Shown piece by piece: positions 40,425-51,544 of a stretch of DNA of 64,000 bases; the stretch's first letter is position 1; each line of letters opens with the position of its first letter. The stretch lies in contig CALFGU010000117.1 in NCBI GenBank assembly GCA_937877685.1, positions 18,404 through 82,403 on the forward strand, in the 5' to 3' direction. A program made the translations under genes and the position numbers. Origin of the DNA: an uncultured Prevotella sp. (GTDB taxonomy: Bacteria > Bacteroidota > Bacteroidia > Bacteroidales > Bacteroidaceae). The notes beneath the pieces are model-generated. The model was not told the DNA's origin. It ran no database searches and saw nothing but the letters and a program-made list of their open reading frames with translations.

Positions 40425-43049
40425 TTATGCGAACCACTTTACATAAGCGAAGTCCTGACGGTAGGGGAGATGTTCGTTTGCGGGGAACATACGGAATGCT
40501 ACCTTGAATGAACCTGCAACGTCGAGGCTTGTTGTGAGCTCGAATGTGTGGAGGTTGCCTTCGCGCTTTGTCATAGTCATAGGAATAGTTGTCTGGATAA
40601 CGTCGTTACCTTCAACATTTTCGATTACTACGAGTTCTACGCCAACTGCGTTGTCGAGACCCTGTTCGTCGATAACGTGCTTGATAGTGAAGTCCTGACC
40701 AGAGATTACGTTGTTGAGGTTTTCCATACCTTCAGAAGCAACTACGTTGATGCTATCCCAACGTTCTGCAACGCATTCCTTCCATGCTGCGATTTCCTTC
40801 GCGAGCTTGTTGTTGTCAGCAGCGAGGAGCTTGAAGCGAGCAGCTTCCTTGTTGTAGAAGCGATCGTAGTAGTCGTCGAGTTGGCGCTTCATTGTGTACT
40901 GGGGAGCGATCTGAGCGATTGAGTTCTTCACTGTCTTCACCCAACCTTCGCTGTAACCCTTCGCACCACGAGCGTAGTAGAGAGGAATGATTTCCTGTTC
41001 GAGGAGTGAGTAGATAGTAGCAGCGTCGAGGCGGTCCTGATGTTCCTGGTTCTGGTAAGTACGCTTGTCTGTGAGCGCCCAACCTGCACCAGGACGGTAA
41101 CCTTCGTACCACCAACCGTCGAGTACTGAGAGGTTTACAACACCGTTCATGAGTGCCTTTTCACCTGATGTACCAGATGCTTCGAGGGGACGTGTGGGAG
41201 TGTTCATCCAGATATCTACACCTGAAACGAGGCGGCGAGCGAGTTCCATATCGTAGTTATCGAGGAAGATGATCTTACCGATGAACTCGGGACGCTGAGA
41301 GATTTCGTAGATGCGCTTGATCAAGCCCTGGCCTGCACCGTCAGCGGGGTGAGCCTTACCTGCGAAGAGGAACTGTACGGGGTAGTCGGGGTTGTTCACG
41401 ATCTTTGCAAGGCGATCGAGGTCAGAGAAGAGGAGGTGTGCACGCTTGTAAGTAGCGAATCGACGTGCGAAACCGATGAGGAGCGCGTTGGGGTTGATCT
41501 TGTCGAGGAGCGAAACCACACGGCTGGGGTCACCCTGATTCTTCAACCAAGTGTCGCGGAAGCGGTTGCGGATGTAGTTGATGAGCTTCATCTTGAGGGC
41601 GCAACGTGTTTCCCAAACTTCCTTATCAGAAACTTCGTAAATCTTTTCCCAGATCTTCATGTTGCTCTGGTCGTTCATGAAGTTCTTATCGAAGTGCTTG
41701 CAGTAGAGCTGCTTCCATTCGTTAGCAGCCCATGTGGGGAAGTGAACACCGTTAGTAACGTAGCTCACGTGGCTTTCGTTCTGCTGGAGGTTGTATGCCT
41801 GGAAGTAACCTTCGTGGTCGCGGATTTCGTATTCACGACGGGGTTCGTCGGGCATGTAGCCGGGCCATGTGCCCTTGAACATCATCTGAGAAACCTTACC
41901 GTGGAGCCAGCTCACACCGTTGATTTCCTGACATGTCTTACAGCAGAATACTGACATTGAGAACTTTTCGTTCTTGTCTTCGGGGTTCATACGACCGAGG
42001 CCCATGAAGTCGTCCCAAGAGATGCCGAGCTTTCCAGAGAATGAATCCATGTACTTGCGGAAGAGGCCTTCTTCGAAGTAGTCGTGACCAGCAGGTACGG
42101 GAGTGTGTACAGTGTAGAGTGAAGAAGCCTTAACGAGTTCGAGTGCTTCACCGAATGTAAGACCAGTTGCTACGTAGTCAACGAGGCGTTGTGCGTTACA
42201 GAGTGCTGCGTGACCTTCGTTACAATGGTAAACGTCCTTAGTGATACCGAGCTTCTGGAGCATCAACATACCGCCGACACCGAGGAGGTATTCCTGCTTG
42301 ATACGGTTTTCCCAGTCACCACCGTAGAGCGCTGAAGTGATGCCAGCGTCGTACTGTGAGTTGAGACCGTTGTCAGTGTCGAGGAGGTAGAGCTTCACAC
42401 GACCAACATTTACGCGCCATACGCTTGCGTAAACGGTGTAGCCGGGGTAGGGAACAGCAACAACAACCTGGTTGCCATCCTTATCGAGTTCCTTTTCAAT
42501 GGGGAGACGGTCAAAGTTTTGAGCGTCGTAGTTAGCGATCTGCTGACCTTCCATTGAGAGTGTCTGAGTGAAGTAGCCGTGACGATAGAGGAAACCAACT
42601 GCACACATGTCAACGTTAGAGTCAGAAGCTTCCTTGATGTAGTCACCTGCGAGTACACCGAGACCACCAGAGTAAATCTTGAGTACAGAGTTGAGACCGT
42701 ATTCCATGCAGAAGTAAGCCACGCTTGCACGCTTTGCGTTGGGCTTAACGTCCATGTATGCACGGAAGTTCTTGTAAACCTTCTCGATAGCTGCGAGCAT
42801 TACCTTGTCGGCAGCGAGTTCTTCGAGGCGTTCGTAAGAAACGCGAGCGAGAAGTTCAACGGGGTTCTTACCACACTTGTGCCAGAGCTTGTGGTCGATG
42901 CTGTCGAAGAGTTCAACAGCTTCTTGATTCCATGACCACCAAAGGTTGTGGGCAAGTTCATCAAGAACGTTCAGTTCCTTTGGGAGGTGGCTCTTAACGC
43001 TCACCATCTTCCATGAAGGCTGATTTGAATTGCTAAGTTTTACTTTCAT
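40425..43049 (-). CDS. glgP: Alpha-glucan (glycogen) phosphorylase
   Basis: [26 protein letters not shown] and EASGTSGEK (PLP lysine) motifs. Confidence 0.96.
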   Translation of the reverse strand: MKVKLSNSNQPSWKMVSVKSHLPKELNVLDELAHNLWWSWNQEAVELFDSIDHKLWHKCGKNPVELLARVSYERLEELAADKVMLAAIEKVYKNFRAYMDVKPNAKRASVAYFCMEYGLNSVLKIYSGGLGVLAGDYIKEASDSNVDMCAVGFLYRHGYFTQTLSMEGQQIANYDAQNFDRLPIEKELDKDGNQVVVAVPYPGYTVYASVWRVNVGRVKLYLLDTDNGLNSQYDAGITSALYGGDWENRIKQEYLLGVGGMLMLQKLGITKDVYHCNEGHAALCNAQRLVDYVATGLTFGEALELVKASSLYTVHTPVPAGHDYFEEGLFRKYMDSFSGKLGISWDDFMGLGRMNPEDKNEKFSMSVFCCKTCQEINGVSWLHGKVSQMMFKGTWPGYMPDEPRREYEIRDHEGYFQAYNLQQNESHVSYVTNGVHFPTWAANEWKQLYCKHFDKNFMNDQSNMKIWEKIYEVSDKEVWETRCALKMKLINYIRNRFRDTWLKNQGDPSRVVSLLDKINPNALLIGFARRFATYKRAHLLFSDLDRLAKIVNNPDYPVQFLFAGKAHPADGAGQGLIKRIYEISQRPEFIGKIIFLDNYDMELARRLVSGVDIWMNTPTRPLEASGTSGEKALMNGVVNLSVLDGWWYEGYRPGAGWALTDKRTYQNQEHQDRLDAATIYSLLEQEIIPLYYARGAKGYSEGWVKTVKNSIAQIAPQYTMKRQLDDYYDRFYNKEAARFKLLAADNNKLAKEIAAWKECVAERWDSINVVASEGMENLNNVISGQDFTIKHVIDEQGLDNAVGVELVVIENVEGNDVIQTTIPMTMTKREGNLHTFELTTSLDVAGSFKVAFRMFPANEHLPYRQDFAYVKWFA

Positions 43050-43104
43050 GTTGTTTTTTATTGATCAATAAAAATTGTTTCAATTATGTTGGGGGGAGAG
43101 TTTT

Positions 43105-43149
43105 TCTAGATGCTCTAGATGTTCTAGATATTCTAGATGTTCTAGACTA
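43105..43149. repeat. 5 x 9-bp tandem repeat built on the TCTAGA palindrome
   Basis: TCTAGATGC TCTAGATGT TCTAGATAT TCTAGATGT TCTAGACTA. Confidence 0.85.
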
Positions 43150-43161
43150 GAAAATGACCTC

Positions 43162-44832
43162 TTACTTATTTCTCAAAGCGAAGTCGTAAGCCTCGAAGTA
43201 GTGCTTAATGAAGTTCTTCCACTGTGCCTTGTCAGCGAGTGCGGCCGCCTTTTTGCAGAGGGTTGCTCTGTCCTTGAGGGGCATGCGCATCATGGCTTCG
43301 ATGGTTTCACACATTTCGCGAGAGACGTCGAAATAGTTGTCGTCGTCGCGGTGGATGACCTTTACGCCATCAGAGAGTTCGCCCTGATAGCCGAGCACAT
43401 CGTTGACCCACTGACCGAAGCCCGAGAGGTCGGTTGTGATACAGGGAGCCTTGAACGCACAACTTTCGAGGGGAGTGTAGCCCCAGGGTTCGTAGTACGA
43501 GGGATAGAGGCAGAGGTCGTTGGCGGTGAGGAGGTCGTAGTAGGGCATATTGAAGATGCCGTCAGCGCCTTCCAAATAGCAGGGCACGAGAATTACCTTT
43601 ACGGCATCGTTCTTTGTGTTCCAAAGTCCGAGTTGCTTAATGAGGCAGAGGATGCGGTCTTCGTTGAGATTGTGAAGATCGTGGGTAATCATGGGCGTAT
43701 GGAGTCCGCCTTCCGACTTGTCGGTGCCGTTTAAGCGTGCGAGGAGGTCCTGACGGGGTTCCTTTGTCCAGCAGGGCACTTCGATGAGCGCCAATACCTT
43801 TTGTGACACGAGTTCTTCTTCCGCTTGTGCAAGCGTCTTCATGCGTGCGTTGAGTTGCGCGAGGGCTTCCATATACACGTCAAAACCCTTACAACGGAAG
43901 TCGTTGCGACCTGATGTGCTCACGATGAGCGTAGTGTCGTCGAGTTCTTCGCCAATCAATTTGCTCGCTACGTTGAGGATGCACTGGCGTGCTTCCTTGC
44001 GCTTCTTGGTGAAGGCAGCACCCTTGGGTACGAAGTCGTTTTCAAAGCCGTTGGGGAGCACCACATCAGCGGGCTTATCGAGGAGTTGCTTACATTCACG
44101 GTCGGTAAACATGCTCACCGTAGTGAAGCAGTCTGCACCGTGAGCACTCTGCTTTTCAATGCTGTGCTTGGCTTCCATAGAGAGTTCGGCTGCCATTTGG
44201 TCGCCATTATAACCGTGGAAGTACTTATAGAGCAACTTGTTATTGCCAGCGATAGAGCGGCCAATGCTTGTAGCGTGAGTCGTGAAGATGGTTGCCACCT
44301 CGGGACATTCCTTCTTTAAGAAGAGCATACCCAAACCAGACATCCATTCGTGAGCCTGATAGATGATGCTTTCGCCCTTGAGAAGTTCAGCCTTTACTAC
44401 GGCTTCTACAAACTTACCTGCGGCGTATGAGAACATGGATGCTTCATCGTAGTCGCCATAAGCATGGAGCGAGTCAACCTGGAAGGCATCCCACGCTTCA
44501 GCGTAGATGTCGTTCTTCACATCAAAGAAGGGCTGGAAGTCAACGAGGATGGCGATAGGCGCACCAGGTACGTTCCAACGGCCGATACGCGCATTTACGC
44601 CCGCTTCCGCCGCAGCCTTCTTCCACTTTGTGAGGAGGCGCTTGTTTTCTTTGAAAAGGGGATTTTCTTTTCCTTGCCACACATCAGGACCAATGAAGAA
44701 CACTTTGTCCTCGTGGCTTTGTTGGAGTGTGTTAGCTCGTGAAGAGAGAACGGTGTAAATACCACCGACCTTGTTACACACTTCCCAACTTGTTTCAAAT
44801 ATTACACTTGGGTTTAGTTTAGTTTGTGCCAT
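43162..44832 (-). CDS. Glycogen synthase, GT3 type
   Basis: FETSWEVCNKVGGIYTV and PSYYEPWGYTPLE motifs. Confidence 0.92.
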   Translation of the reverse strand: MAQTKLNPSVIFETSWEVCNKVGGIYTVLSSRANTLQQSHEDKVFFIGPDVWQGKENPLFKENKRLLTKWKKAAAEAGVNARIGRWNVPGAPIAILVDFQPFFDVKNDIYAEAWDAFQVDSLHAYGDYDEASMFSYAAGKFVEAVVKAELLKGESIIYQAHEWMSGLGMLFLKKECPEVATIFTTHATSIGRSIAGNNKLLYKYFHGYNGDQMAAELSMEAKHSIEKQSAHGADCFTTVSMFTDRECKQLLDKPADVVLPNGFENDFVPKGAAFTKKRKEARQCILNVASKLIGEELDDTTLIVSTSGRNDFRCKGFDVYMEALAQLNARMKTLAQAEEELVSQKVLALIEVPCWTKEPRQDLLARLNGTDKSEGGLHTPMITHDLHNLNEDRILCLIKQLGLWNTKNDAVKVILVPCYLEGADGIFNMPYYDLLTANDLCLYPSYYEPWGYTPLESCAFKAPCITTDLSGFGQWVNDVLGYQGELSDGVKVIHRDDDNYFDVSREMCETIEAMMRMPLKDRATLCKKAAALADKAQWKNFIKHYFEAYDFALRNK

Positions 44833-45280
44833 TTATATATATGTTAAAAAGCGCAGCAAAGATAGTAAAAATAAGTTAATCAGTTGCTAACTTTCTGATA
44901 TTTTGTAAATTTCAATCTCCTTTTTGTGTCATTTTGATAGTATTTGTAAACTATATTTGTCAAGTAAGTTTACTTTTTTGTAATAATCAATTTTTACATG
45001 TCTTGATTATCGGAGGCATAACAATTCTTAATTAATATGACTAGTTGTTATATGAATGATATTCAAATTTTACATGTTGTAGAAATAATTATATCGTATA
45101 ACTAGGATTTATGAAATATGTAGTTGCTCATATTACTATATTAGACCTCTTAATTATGTGTAATATCAACCAGTTCTATATTATATCCTGATTTACAAAA
45201 TTACGATTTCACTATATTAAAATAATAAGGCAAAACAACGGTCGCCCATTATTTTGCCTTATTAAATTACTTTATTGATT

Positions 45281-46072
45281 TTAAATATTGTCCTTTTCAA
45301 TATCCTTGAAGTACTTATAGGTAGAAACCTTGAGTTCTTCACAAGCAGCTTCATCACATACAATGATACCATGAGGATGCTGCTGGAGTGCAGAAATTGT
45401 CCATGCTTGGCATACAGGACCTTCTACTGCTGCCTGAAGTGCGCGAGCCTTGTTGTGACCATTACAGAGGATGAGCACTTCTTTAGCCGCCATAACTGTA
45501 CCTACACCAACTGTAAGAGCTGTTGAGGGAACTGCATTAACATCGCCACCGAAGAAACGGCTGTTAGCAATCTTAGTGTCTGTAGTCAAAGTTTTGATAC
45601 GTGTGCGACTTGAGAGACTTGAGAAAGGTTCGTTGAATGCAACGTGACCATCAGGACCGATACCACCCATAAAGAGGTCGATGCCACCTGCAGCTTCGAT
45701 TGCAGCTTCGTAAGCGGCGCATTCTGCTTCAAGGTCTTCAGCATTACCATTGAGGATGTGAACGTTTTCCTTCTTGATGTTGATGTGATTGAAGAAATTG
45801 TTCCACATGAAAGAGTGGTAGCTTTCGGGGTGCTCTTCAGGAAGACCAACATATTCGTCCATGTTGAATGTAACAACATTTTCGAAAGACACCTTACCCT
45901 GCTTGTAGAGTTCGATCAACGCCTTGTACATGCCAAGAGGACTTGAACCAGTAGGACAACCCAATTTGAAGGGCTTTTCAGGAGTGGGGTTTGCTGCATT
46001 AATGCGACTTGCAACATAGTTTGCTGCCCAATTTGAAATCGACTGATAGTCGGGAGTGATAATTACGCGCAT
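45281..46072 (-). CDS. nagB: Glucosamine-6-phosphate deaminase
   Basis: [15 protein letters not shown] and [13 protein letters not shown] motifs; start MRVII at 46072. Confidence 0.96.
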   Translation of the reverse strand: MRVIITPDYQSISNWAANYVASRINAANPTPEKPFKLGCPTGSSPLGMYKALIELYKQGKVSFENVVTFNMDEYVGLPEEHPESYHSFMWNNFFNHINIKKENVHILNGNAEDLEAECAAYEAAIEAAGGIDLFMGGIGPDGHVAFNEPFSSLSSRTRIKTLTTDTKIANSRFFGGDVNAVPSTALTVGVGTVMAAKEVLILCNGHNKARALQAAVEGPVCQAWTISALQQHPHGIIVCDEAACEELKVSTYKYFKDIEKDNI

Positions 46073-46582
46073 AACGTTTATAAAAGATTTTAGGTTTAAG
46101 GAATCTGCTTCAGAAAGGTAAATGATTAGAGGTAAAAACTTGTTGAAAGATTTCACGAGCATCTTTCACCTTTGTAAAGATTTATCCTATAACAAAGTGA
46201 ATTTTAATCTTGCACGACAAAGTTAAACAATCTTTACATTATGCCCAAATAATTTATTCATAAAAGTTGCATTGTGTTAGTTTATTCTATGTGTGATAGA
46301 GAATACAGGTGAATTTAGGGAAGCAGAAATTACCGTATTGTGGATTTGCTTCCCAAACGGAATGTGGCAAAATCTTAAACAACTGATTAAGGTTTCTTGT
46401 CTATCATGTAATTAGATTTGTTGATAGTTTAAAAATTATTTGTAAATTTGCCTAAATATTAGAATTGTAGTGGATTCGGTGCTTTACTTGTAATTAGAGT
46501 CATTCTAATCCCCTCCTCTTTAGGTGAGAAAGAACTATATTCTTATTAACCTTGACAATTCAACATTATTTTGACATCTATT

Positions 46583-47725
46583 ATGATACATTCTATATAT
46601 AATTTTGATGATTTAGGCATCCAAGTTGAATGTGCCACCTATGAAGCTGAGAATGGTGTTAATGAACATCATCTCATGCTTCATGTTATAGCTAGAGGTG
46701 ACTTGTTCTCAGGACAATATCAACGCTTGTGCGAAGGTGAAAGACGTATGTTGGATTTGCCTAAATTTAAGGATGCATCAGCAGTAATGCGTCGTTATTT
46801 TCTGTCTGATTCAACCAATCAAGTTGTGTGTATGAAAGAAACAGACGCAAATTGCGCTTATTCTTACATTCAGCAACCTCCGCTTGATGGTTCCAAAGTA
46901 GCAATGTGGATTTACTTGGTAGATAATGTTGAAGTGTCGCATAGTGATGGAACAACTATTGTTGCTCACAATGGTTATCAACACTTGTGGCGCATGGGTA
47001 TGCATTATGGTGAAGGAAATTCTGCAACACAAACGACGTATCTCCTTGAATCGTATGAAGCAGATTTGGAAAAATATTGTGCCACGTTGCGAGATAATTG
47101 CTTACGAACTTGGTTTTTCGTGAGAGATGTTGACACGCAATACATGGGGATGGTTAAAGCGCGTAAGGAAAATTTTATTGCTCAAGGATTAACAGAACAT
47201 ACTCATTATATCGCTTCAACAGGAATACAGGGTTTACCTGCCGATCCTCACGCTATTATTCAACTTGGAGCATATTCATTGACAGGAATGGAGGGTAAGC
47301 AGATACATTATTTATATGCTCCTTCACATCTAAACCCTACCTATGAATACGGAGTTACTTTCGAGCGTGGCACGGTTGTAGAATATGGTGACAGAGCGCA
47401 TGCTTTAATTAGCGGAACTGCTAGTATTAACAATAAGGGTGAAGTTGTACATGTCGGCGATATTGATGGTCAAACTCGTAGAATGATTGAGAATGTAAAA
47501 GTTCTCCTTGATGAAGGTGGTTTTGCTGAGACTGATGTTGCTCAAATTATTGTATATATCAGAGATCTATGTGATTTTGAGCGTGTGAAACAACTTATTA
47601 ATGAACATTATGCCAATGTTCCTCAAATCTTTACGTTAGCGCCAGTTTGTCGTCCAGAATGGTTGGTTGAGATGGAGTGCATCGCTATTAAGAAACAAAA
47701 TAACCCCGAGTTTAGAGCATTTTAA
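46583..47725 (+). CDS. Long Rid/YjgF-superfamily protein (FkbO/Hyg5 chorismatase-like)
   Basis: FERGT, ISGTASI and VCRPEWLVEMECIA motifs; ATG at 46583. Confidence 0.7.
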   Translation: MIHSIYNFDDLGIQVECATYEAENGVNEHHLMLHVIARGDLFSGQYQRLCEGERRMLDLPKFKDASAVMRRYFLSDSTNQVVCMKETDANCAYSYIQQPPLDGSKVAMWIYLVDNVEVSHSDGTTIVAHNGYQHLWRMGMHYGEGNSATQTTYLLESYEADLEKYCATLRDNCLRTWFFVRDVDTQYMGMVKARKENFIAQGLTEHTHYIASTGIQGLPADPHAIIQLGAYSLTGMEGKQIHYLYAPSHLNPTYEYGVTFERGTVVEYGDRAHALISGTASINNKGEVVHVGDIDGQTRRMIENVKVLLDEGGFAETDVAQIIVYIRDLCDFERVKQLINEHYANVPQIFTLAPVCRPEWLVEMECIAIKKQNNPEFRAF

Positions 47726-48047
47726 AAAGAACCATATCTAAATTTGAAGTAACTATACGCTTCTTTAATTGATGCGAACATATTAATCTTTCATCTGCTT
47801 GCTACAAGTGGTCATAAATTTCTGAATATACCTTTCTTCGCTTCTTGCAATTTGTACTATTTTTAAGCGTGATTATGGCACAACCATCGTTCACGAATAT
47901 ATCTACGATGCCCTATGGTTTATCAGCTATGTGGCATCGTATTTCTATGTTTGTCATATAAATGTATAAATTCAAAGTTTTGGCGAATGCCATTAGTGGT
48001 CTTCAACACGTGTGTTGCTTACTCATAGCGATAGGAGTTTGTTTTAC

Positions 48048-48343
48048 GACCGTTTATCCCAGAAATTATTAAAGCCAGCTGTAATGCTGTTAACGCTGGG
48101 ATTTATATTCGGTGTCATTTGGACAGGAGAATCATGAGGAAATTATTGGTTGTGGAACCCCAAAGAAATATCAGCGCTCATTACGTCGTTGCTCTTTGGT
48201 GTTCCGATTCATAATAGTTCCAATAGTTTTCTTATGCACAAAAAGATTGCCATATAATTTGTGTTGCTCGCCTTTCTTTCATTACTCATGTCGTATGTAG
48301 GAGCAACTTACTTGGTGGGATGCATAGTTTTAATGCTTGTTAA
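48048..48343 (+). pseudogene. Cytochrome c assembly protein CcsA-like pseudogene (C-terminal part)
   Basis: LSQKLLKPAVMLLTLGFIFGVIWTGES*GNYWLWNPKEISALIT...LGGMHSF, with stops at 48135 and 48255 and a frameshift near 48310. Confidence 0.75.
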
Positions 48344-48406
48344 TTAACATGTAAAAGTTAATGGATATAGTGAATCTCTAAGACTATTTTGTAAGTCTCA
48401 AATAAA

Positions 48407-48450
48407 AAAATTAAGTCTCAAAGTTTTTTTATTCTTTGAGACTTAATTTT
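48407..48450. repeat. REP-like AAGTCTCA palindrome (may act as a terminator)
   Basis: AAAATTAAGTCTCAAAG / CTTTGAGACTTAATTTT; same arms as 4048-4088. Confidence 0.75.
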
Positions 48451-48459
48451 GATTTTGTC

Positions 48460-50634
48460 TTAACTACGACTTACGGCCTTTATTCCTTTTACGGTGCGTA
48501 GTTTTTTGATGAGTTGTGTAAGCACTGATGTATCCTTTACCATGACGGTCAGGATGCCAGAGAAGAGACCATCGTCAGTAGAGTCTATACTTATGGAGCG
48601 CAACATGATTTGTTGTTCTTTTGAGATGATACTCGTGATGTTGTTGACGATACCTAGGTCATCATGTCCCACTACGCGGAGCGTGATAGGGTAGGTCCCT
48701 CCACCTTTTCCCGCCCATTGTGCACGAACAATGCGATAAGGGAAGCGCTCTTTGAGGACGGATGCGTTGGGACAACTCGTACGGTGAATCTTGATGCCAC
48801 CTCCTGAATTTACGAATCCAAAAACTTCATCGCCATATACGGGTGAGCAACAACGTGCCATTTGGAAGTCGATGCCTTTCAGGTTTTGGTCAATGACAAG
48901 CACATCTGAGTCCGTGTCAGAATATTTGTTTTCTACGTCTTGCTGTAAGTTGAATTCTTCTGCTCTACGTAGGGGGGCTTGACGTTCTAATTGTCCAGCT
49001 TCACGTTTCGCTATTTCTACGTAGCGCTCTATGACTTCATTAACATCTCGGCGCCCGTCGGTGAGGGATTTATAGAAGTCGCTTGCTTCCTTGAATCCTA
49101 ATTTCTTGATGAGAATGTTGATGACGGTTTCGTCCCAATCGAGTTTTTTGTTTTTGAGTTTGCGCTCAAGCAGTTCGCGCGCCATGACAGTCTCTTTGAC
49201 TTGAAGATCGCGCACACTGGCTTTAATTTTTGCACGAGCATGAGCAGTAGCAGCAAAGGTGATCCACTCCAACTTGGGGGTTTGTGAATTTTGGGTGAGC
49301 ACCTCAACGGTGGTTCCGCTTTCGAGAGGGTGACGAATGGGAACTGCTTTTCCGTCAATGCGTCCGCCAACACAATGATCGCCAACGCGTGAATGGATGT
49401 GGTAGGCAAAGTCTATGACCGTGGCTCCTGAACCTAATTTGTAGAGGTCACCTTTTGGTGAGAACACATAGACGTCTTGCTTGCCACTCACGGCAAGGTT
49501 ATCGGTTAGGAGTTGGTCATTGCCCGTTTCAAGTGCCGTTCGGATGTTTGCAAGCCACGACTCCATGCCACTGCCCGATGCTTTAACACCCTTATAGCGC
49601 CAATGGGCTGCGAGACCATGCTCAGCAATTTCGTCCATGCGCTCGGTGCGGATTTGTACTTCTACCCATTTGTCCTGCGGACCTCTAACGGTGATGTGCA
49701 AGCTTTCATATCCGTTGCTTTTGGGCACGGTCAACCAGTCGCGAAGGCGCTTTAGACTACTTTCATACTTGGCGGTGACAAGGGAGAAGACTTTCCAACA
49801 TTGCTCCTTTTCCTTGTCGAATGGGGCATCGAGGATGATGCGTATAGCAAAGAGGTCATACACTCCGTGGAATCCACATCCTTGCTTCTTCATCTTTTGC
49901 CAGATGGAGTGGATGGATTTAGTGCGCCCCTTAATGTGATATTTCAATCCCTCTTCGTCAAGGAGTTGGCGGATTGGGTTGATGAATGCTTCGATATATG
50001 CATCGCGACTTTCCTTTGTGGCATTCAAGTTGTCTTTTATGTGATAGTATGCCTCGCGCTCCATATACTTTAAAGAGAGATCTTCCAACTCTCGCTTCAG
50101 TTGGTAAAGTCCTAACTTATGTGCTAATGGTGCATAGAGATAAGCTGCTTCACGTGAAAGCGCAAGTTGAGCATCAAGGTTTTCTGTGTCCTTGGCATGA
50201 CGCATAAGTACGACACTCTCAGCAATGAGAATCAACACGATGCGCATATCTCCTGCTTGGTGAACGAAGAGGTTTCTGAAGTTTTCTTCCTTAAACTTAT
50301 CGCTACGGAGGAGTAGGGTGCTGATGCCGTTGAAGCGGTCGAGAATTTCACCCACTTCTGCCCCAAAGATTCCTTTTGCTGCTTCGCGCTGACTATTAGT
50401 GTCAATGACGCAATGGAGCAAGTAAGCTTTGAGTTCCTGTCCTTTTAATCCAATTGCCTCGTGTGCCAACATGATGGTTTGTAGTGCCATTTCGATGCGG
50501 TTATGCTGAAAGGCATTATGTAGGGGTGCACCTTCCTCGATGCACTTTCTAATAAAACTGCGCAATGCGTCATAGTCAGCTTTCGTGGGGCGAAGCAGGG
50601 GAGATTGGCAGATAAACTTGAGTAATGTAAACAT
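48460..50634 (-). CDS. relA: Long RelA/SpoT homologue, (p)ppGpp synthetase with degenerate HD domain
   Basis: GRTKSIHSI, DLFAIR, NGYESLH, EVQIRT motifs plus TGS and ACT domains; the HD site reads LLHCV. Confidence 0.88.
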   Translation of the reverse strand: MFTLLKFICQSPLLRPTKADYDALRSFIRKCIEEGAPLHNAFQHNRIEMALQTIMLAHEAIGLKGQELKAYLLHCVIDTNSQREAAKGIFGAEVGEILDRFNGISTLLLRSDKFKEENFRNLFVHQAGDMRIVLILIAESVVLMRHAKDTENLDAQLALSREAAYLYAPLAHKLGLYQLKRELEDLSLKYMEREAYYHIKDNLNATKESRDAYIEAFINPIRQLLDEEGLKYHIKGRTKSIHSIWQKMKKQGCGFHGVYDLFAIRIILDAPFDKEKEQCWKVFSLVTAKYESSLKRLRDWLTVPKSNGYESLHITVRGPQDKWVEVQIRTERMDEIAEHGLAAHWRYKGVKASGSGMESWLANIRTALETGNDQLLTDNLAVSGKQDVYVFSPKGDLYKLGSGATVIDFAYHIHSRVGDHCVGGRIDGKAVPIRHPLESGTTVEVLTQNSQTPKLEWITFAATAHARAKIKASVRDLQVKETVMARELLERKLKNKKLDWDETVINILIKKLGFKEASDFYKSLTDGRRDVNEVIERYVEIAKREAGQLERQAPLRRAEEFNLQQDVENKYSDTDSDVLVIDQNLKGIDFQMARCCSPVYGDEVFGFVNSGGGIKIHRTSCPNASVLKERFPYRIVRAQWAGKGGGTYPITLRVVGHDDLGIVNNITSIISKEQQIMLRSISIDSTDDGLFSGILTVMVKDTSVLTQLIKKLRTVKGIKAVSRS

Positions 50635-50690
50635 GAGGTGGATTAAAGAAGATTTTAGATATTTATGTTGTGAGGAGTGTATGCAAAAAA

Positions 50691-51446
50691 TTAACCAACG
50701 ATAGATTTTTTGACTAGGTCGATTAGTTGGCGCGCGAGACTAACTTTTCCAGGTATGGCAGGGAGATTTCGCAAACTATACCAACCGCCTTTGTTTAGTT
50801 CTGAGCGCTGAATCTGCAGATTACCACTTTCATATTCAGCAGTGTAACCAATCATGAGACCAGAAGGATAAGGCCACGCTTGACTTCCGGCATATTGTAT
50901 GTTTTTAATAGAGATGCCCGTTTCTTCAAGGGTTTCACGCTTGACAGCCTCTTCAAGCGATTCGCCTGTTTCAACGAATCCGGCAACGAGTCCCATGTAG
51001 TCGCCTCTAAAGTTTTTGCTTTGCACGAGCAATATTTCTTCGTCTCTCGTAATTGCCACAATGATTGCCGTTGCCAATGCAGGCCAAACTTCTTTTCCGC
51101 AATTCGTGCAACGCTTGGAAATATTAGTGTGAAATCTCATTGGGCAACCACACATACCGCAAAACTGAGAATTGTCGTTCCAATAGAGCAACTCTCTTGC
51201 CTTTCCTGCAAGTGCATAACACTCACTATCGAGTACTTCAAAAGTCTCACGAAGTCCCATCATCTTATACCCATCTTTACATACTGGGGATTCTAATTTT
51301 ACGGCAACGCAAACTATTCCTGATGGAGCGGTAAATTTGATTTGCTGTTGCCAAGGGTGCAAGTCAACCACGTTAGAGAGGTCATGTGGAATTGCATTAT
51401 CGGTAGTTAAGAGTAAATCTCCATGACAGAGAGCGAAATAAAGCAT
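50691..51446 (-). CDS. nudC: NADH pyrophosphatase
   Basis: Zn-ribbon CGMCG...CTNCG, Nudix box GFVETGESLEEAVKRETLEETG and SQAWPYP. Confidence 0.92.
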   Translation of the reverse strand: MLYFALCHGDLLLTTDNAIPHDLSNVVDLHPWQQQIKFTAPSGIVCVAVKLESPVCKDGYKMMGLRETFEVLDSECYALAGKARELLYWNDNSQFCGMCGCPMRFHTNISKRCTNCGKEVWPALATAIIVAITRDEEILLVQSKNFRGDYMGLVAGFVETGESLEEAVKRETLEETGISIKNIQYAGSQAWPYPSGLMIGYTAEYESGNLQIQRSELNKGGWYSLRNLPAIPGKVSLARQLIDLVKKSIVG

Positions 51447-51544
51447 AATTAATAATAAATGAGAAAGGAGAATTATACAATGTCGACTCTTCGCACATTA
51501 TACGTTTCTCCTTTCTCCTTTTTACATTTTAGGAATAATCTTGA

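Noticed and set aside
43075..43734. 219-aa plus-strand ORF with an SRC repeat
   Set aside because: Antisense to glycogen synthase; the repeat is just the translated TCTAGA array.
46300..46560. Possible riboswitch in the nagB-rid divergent spacer
   Set aside because: Hairpins are present, but I see no conserved core of a known riboswitch class; an Rfam/Infernal search is needed.
48135..48137. TGA recoded as Trp or Sec in the ccsA-like region
   Set aside because: A further TAA stop and a frameshift indicate decay, and TGA is used as a normal stop elsewhere (for example the OstA-like gene at 24172-24174).
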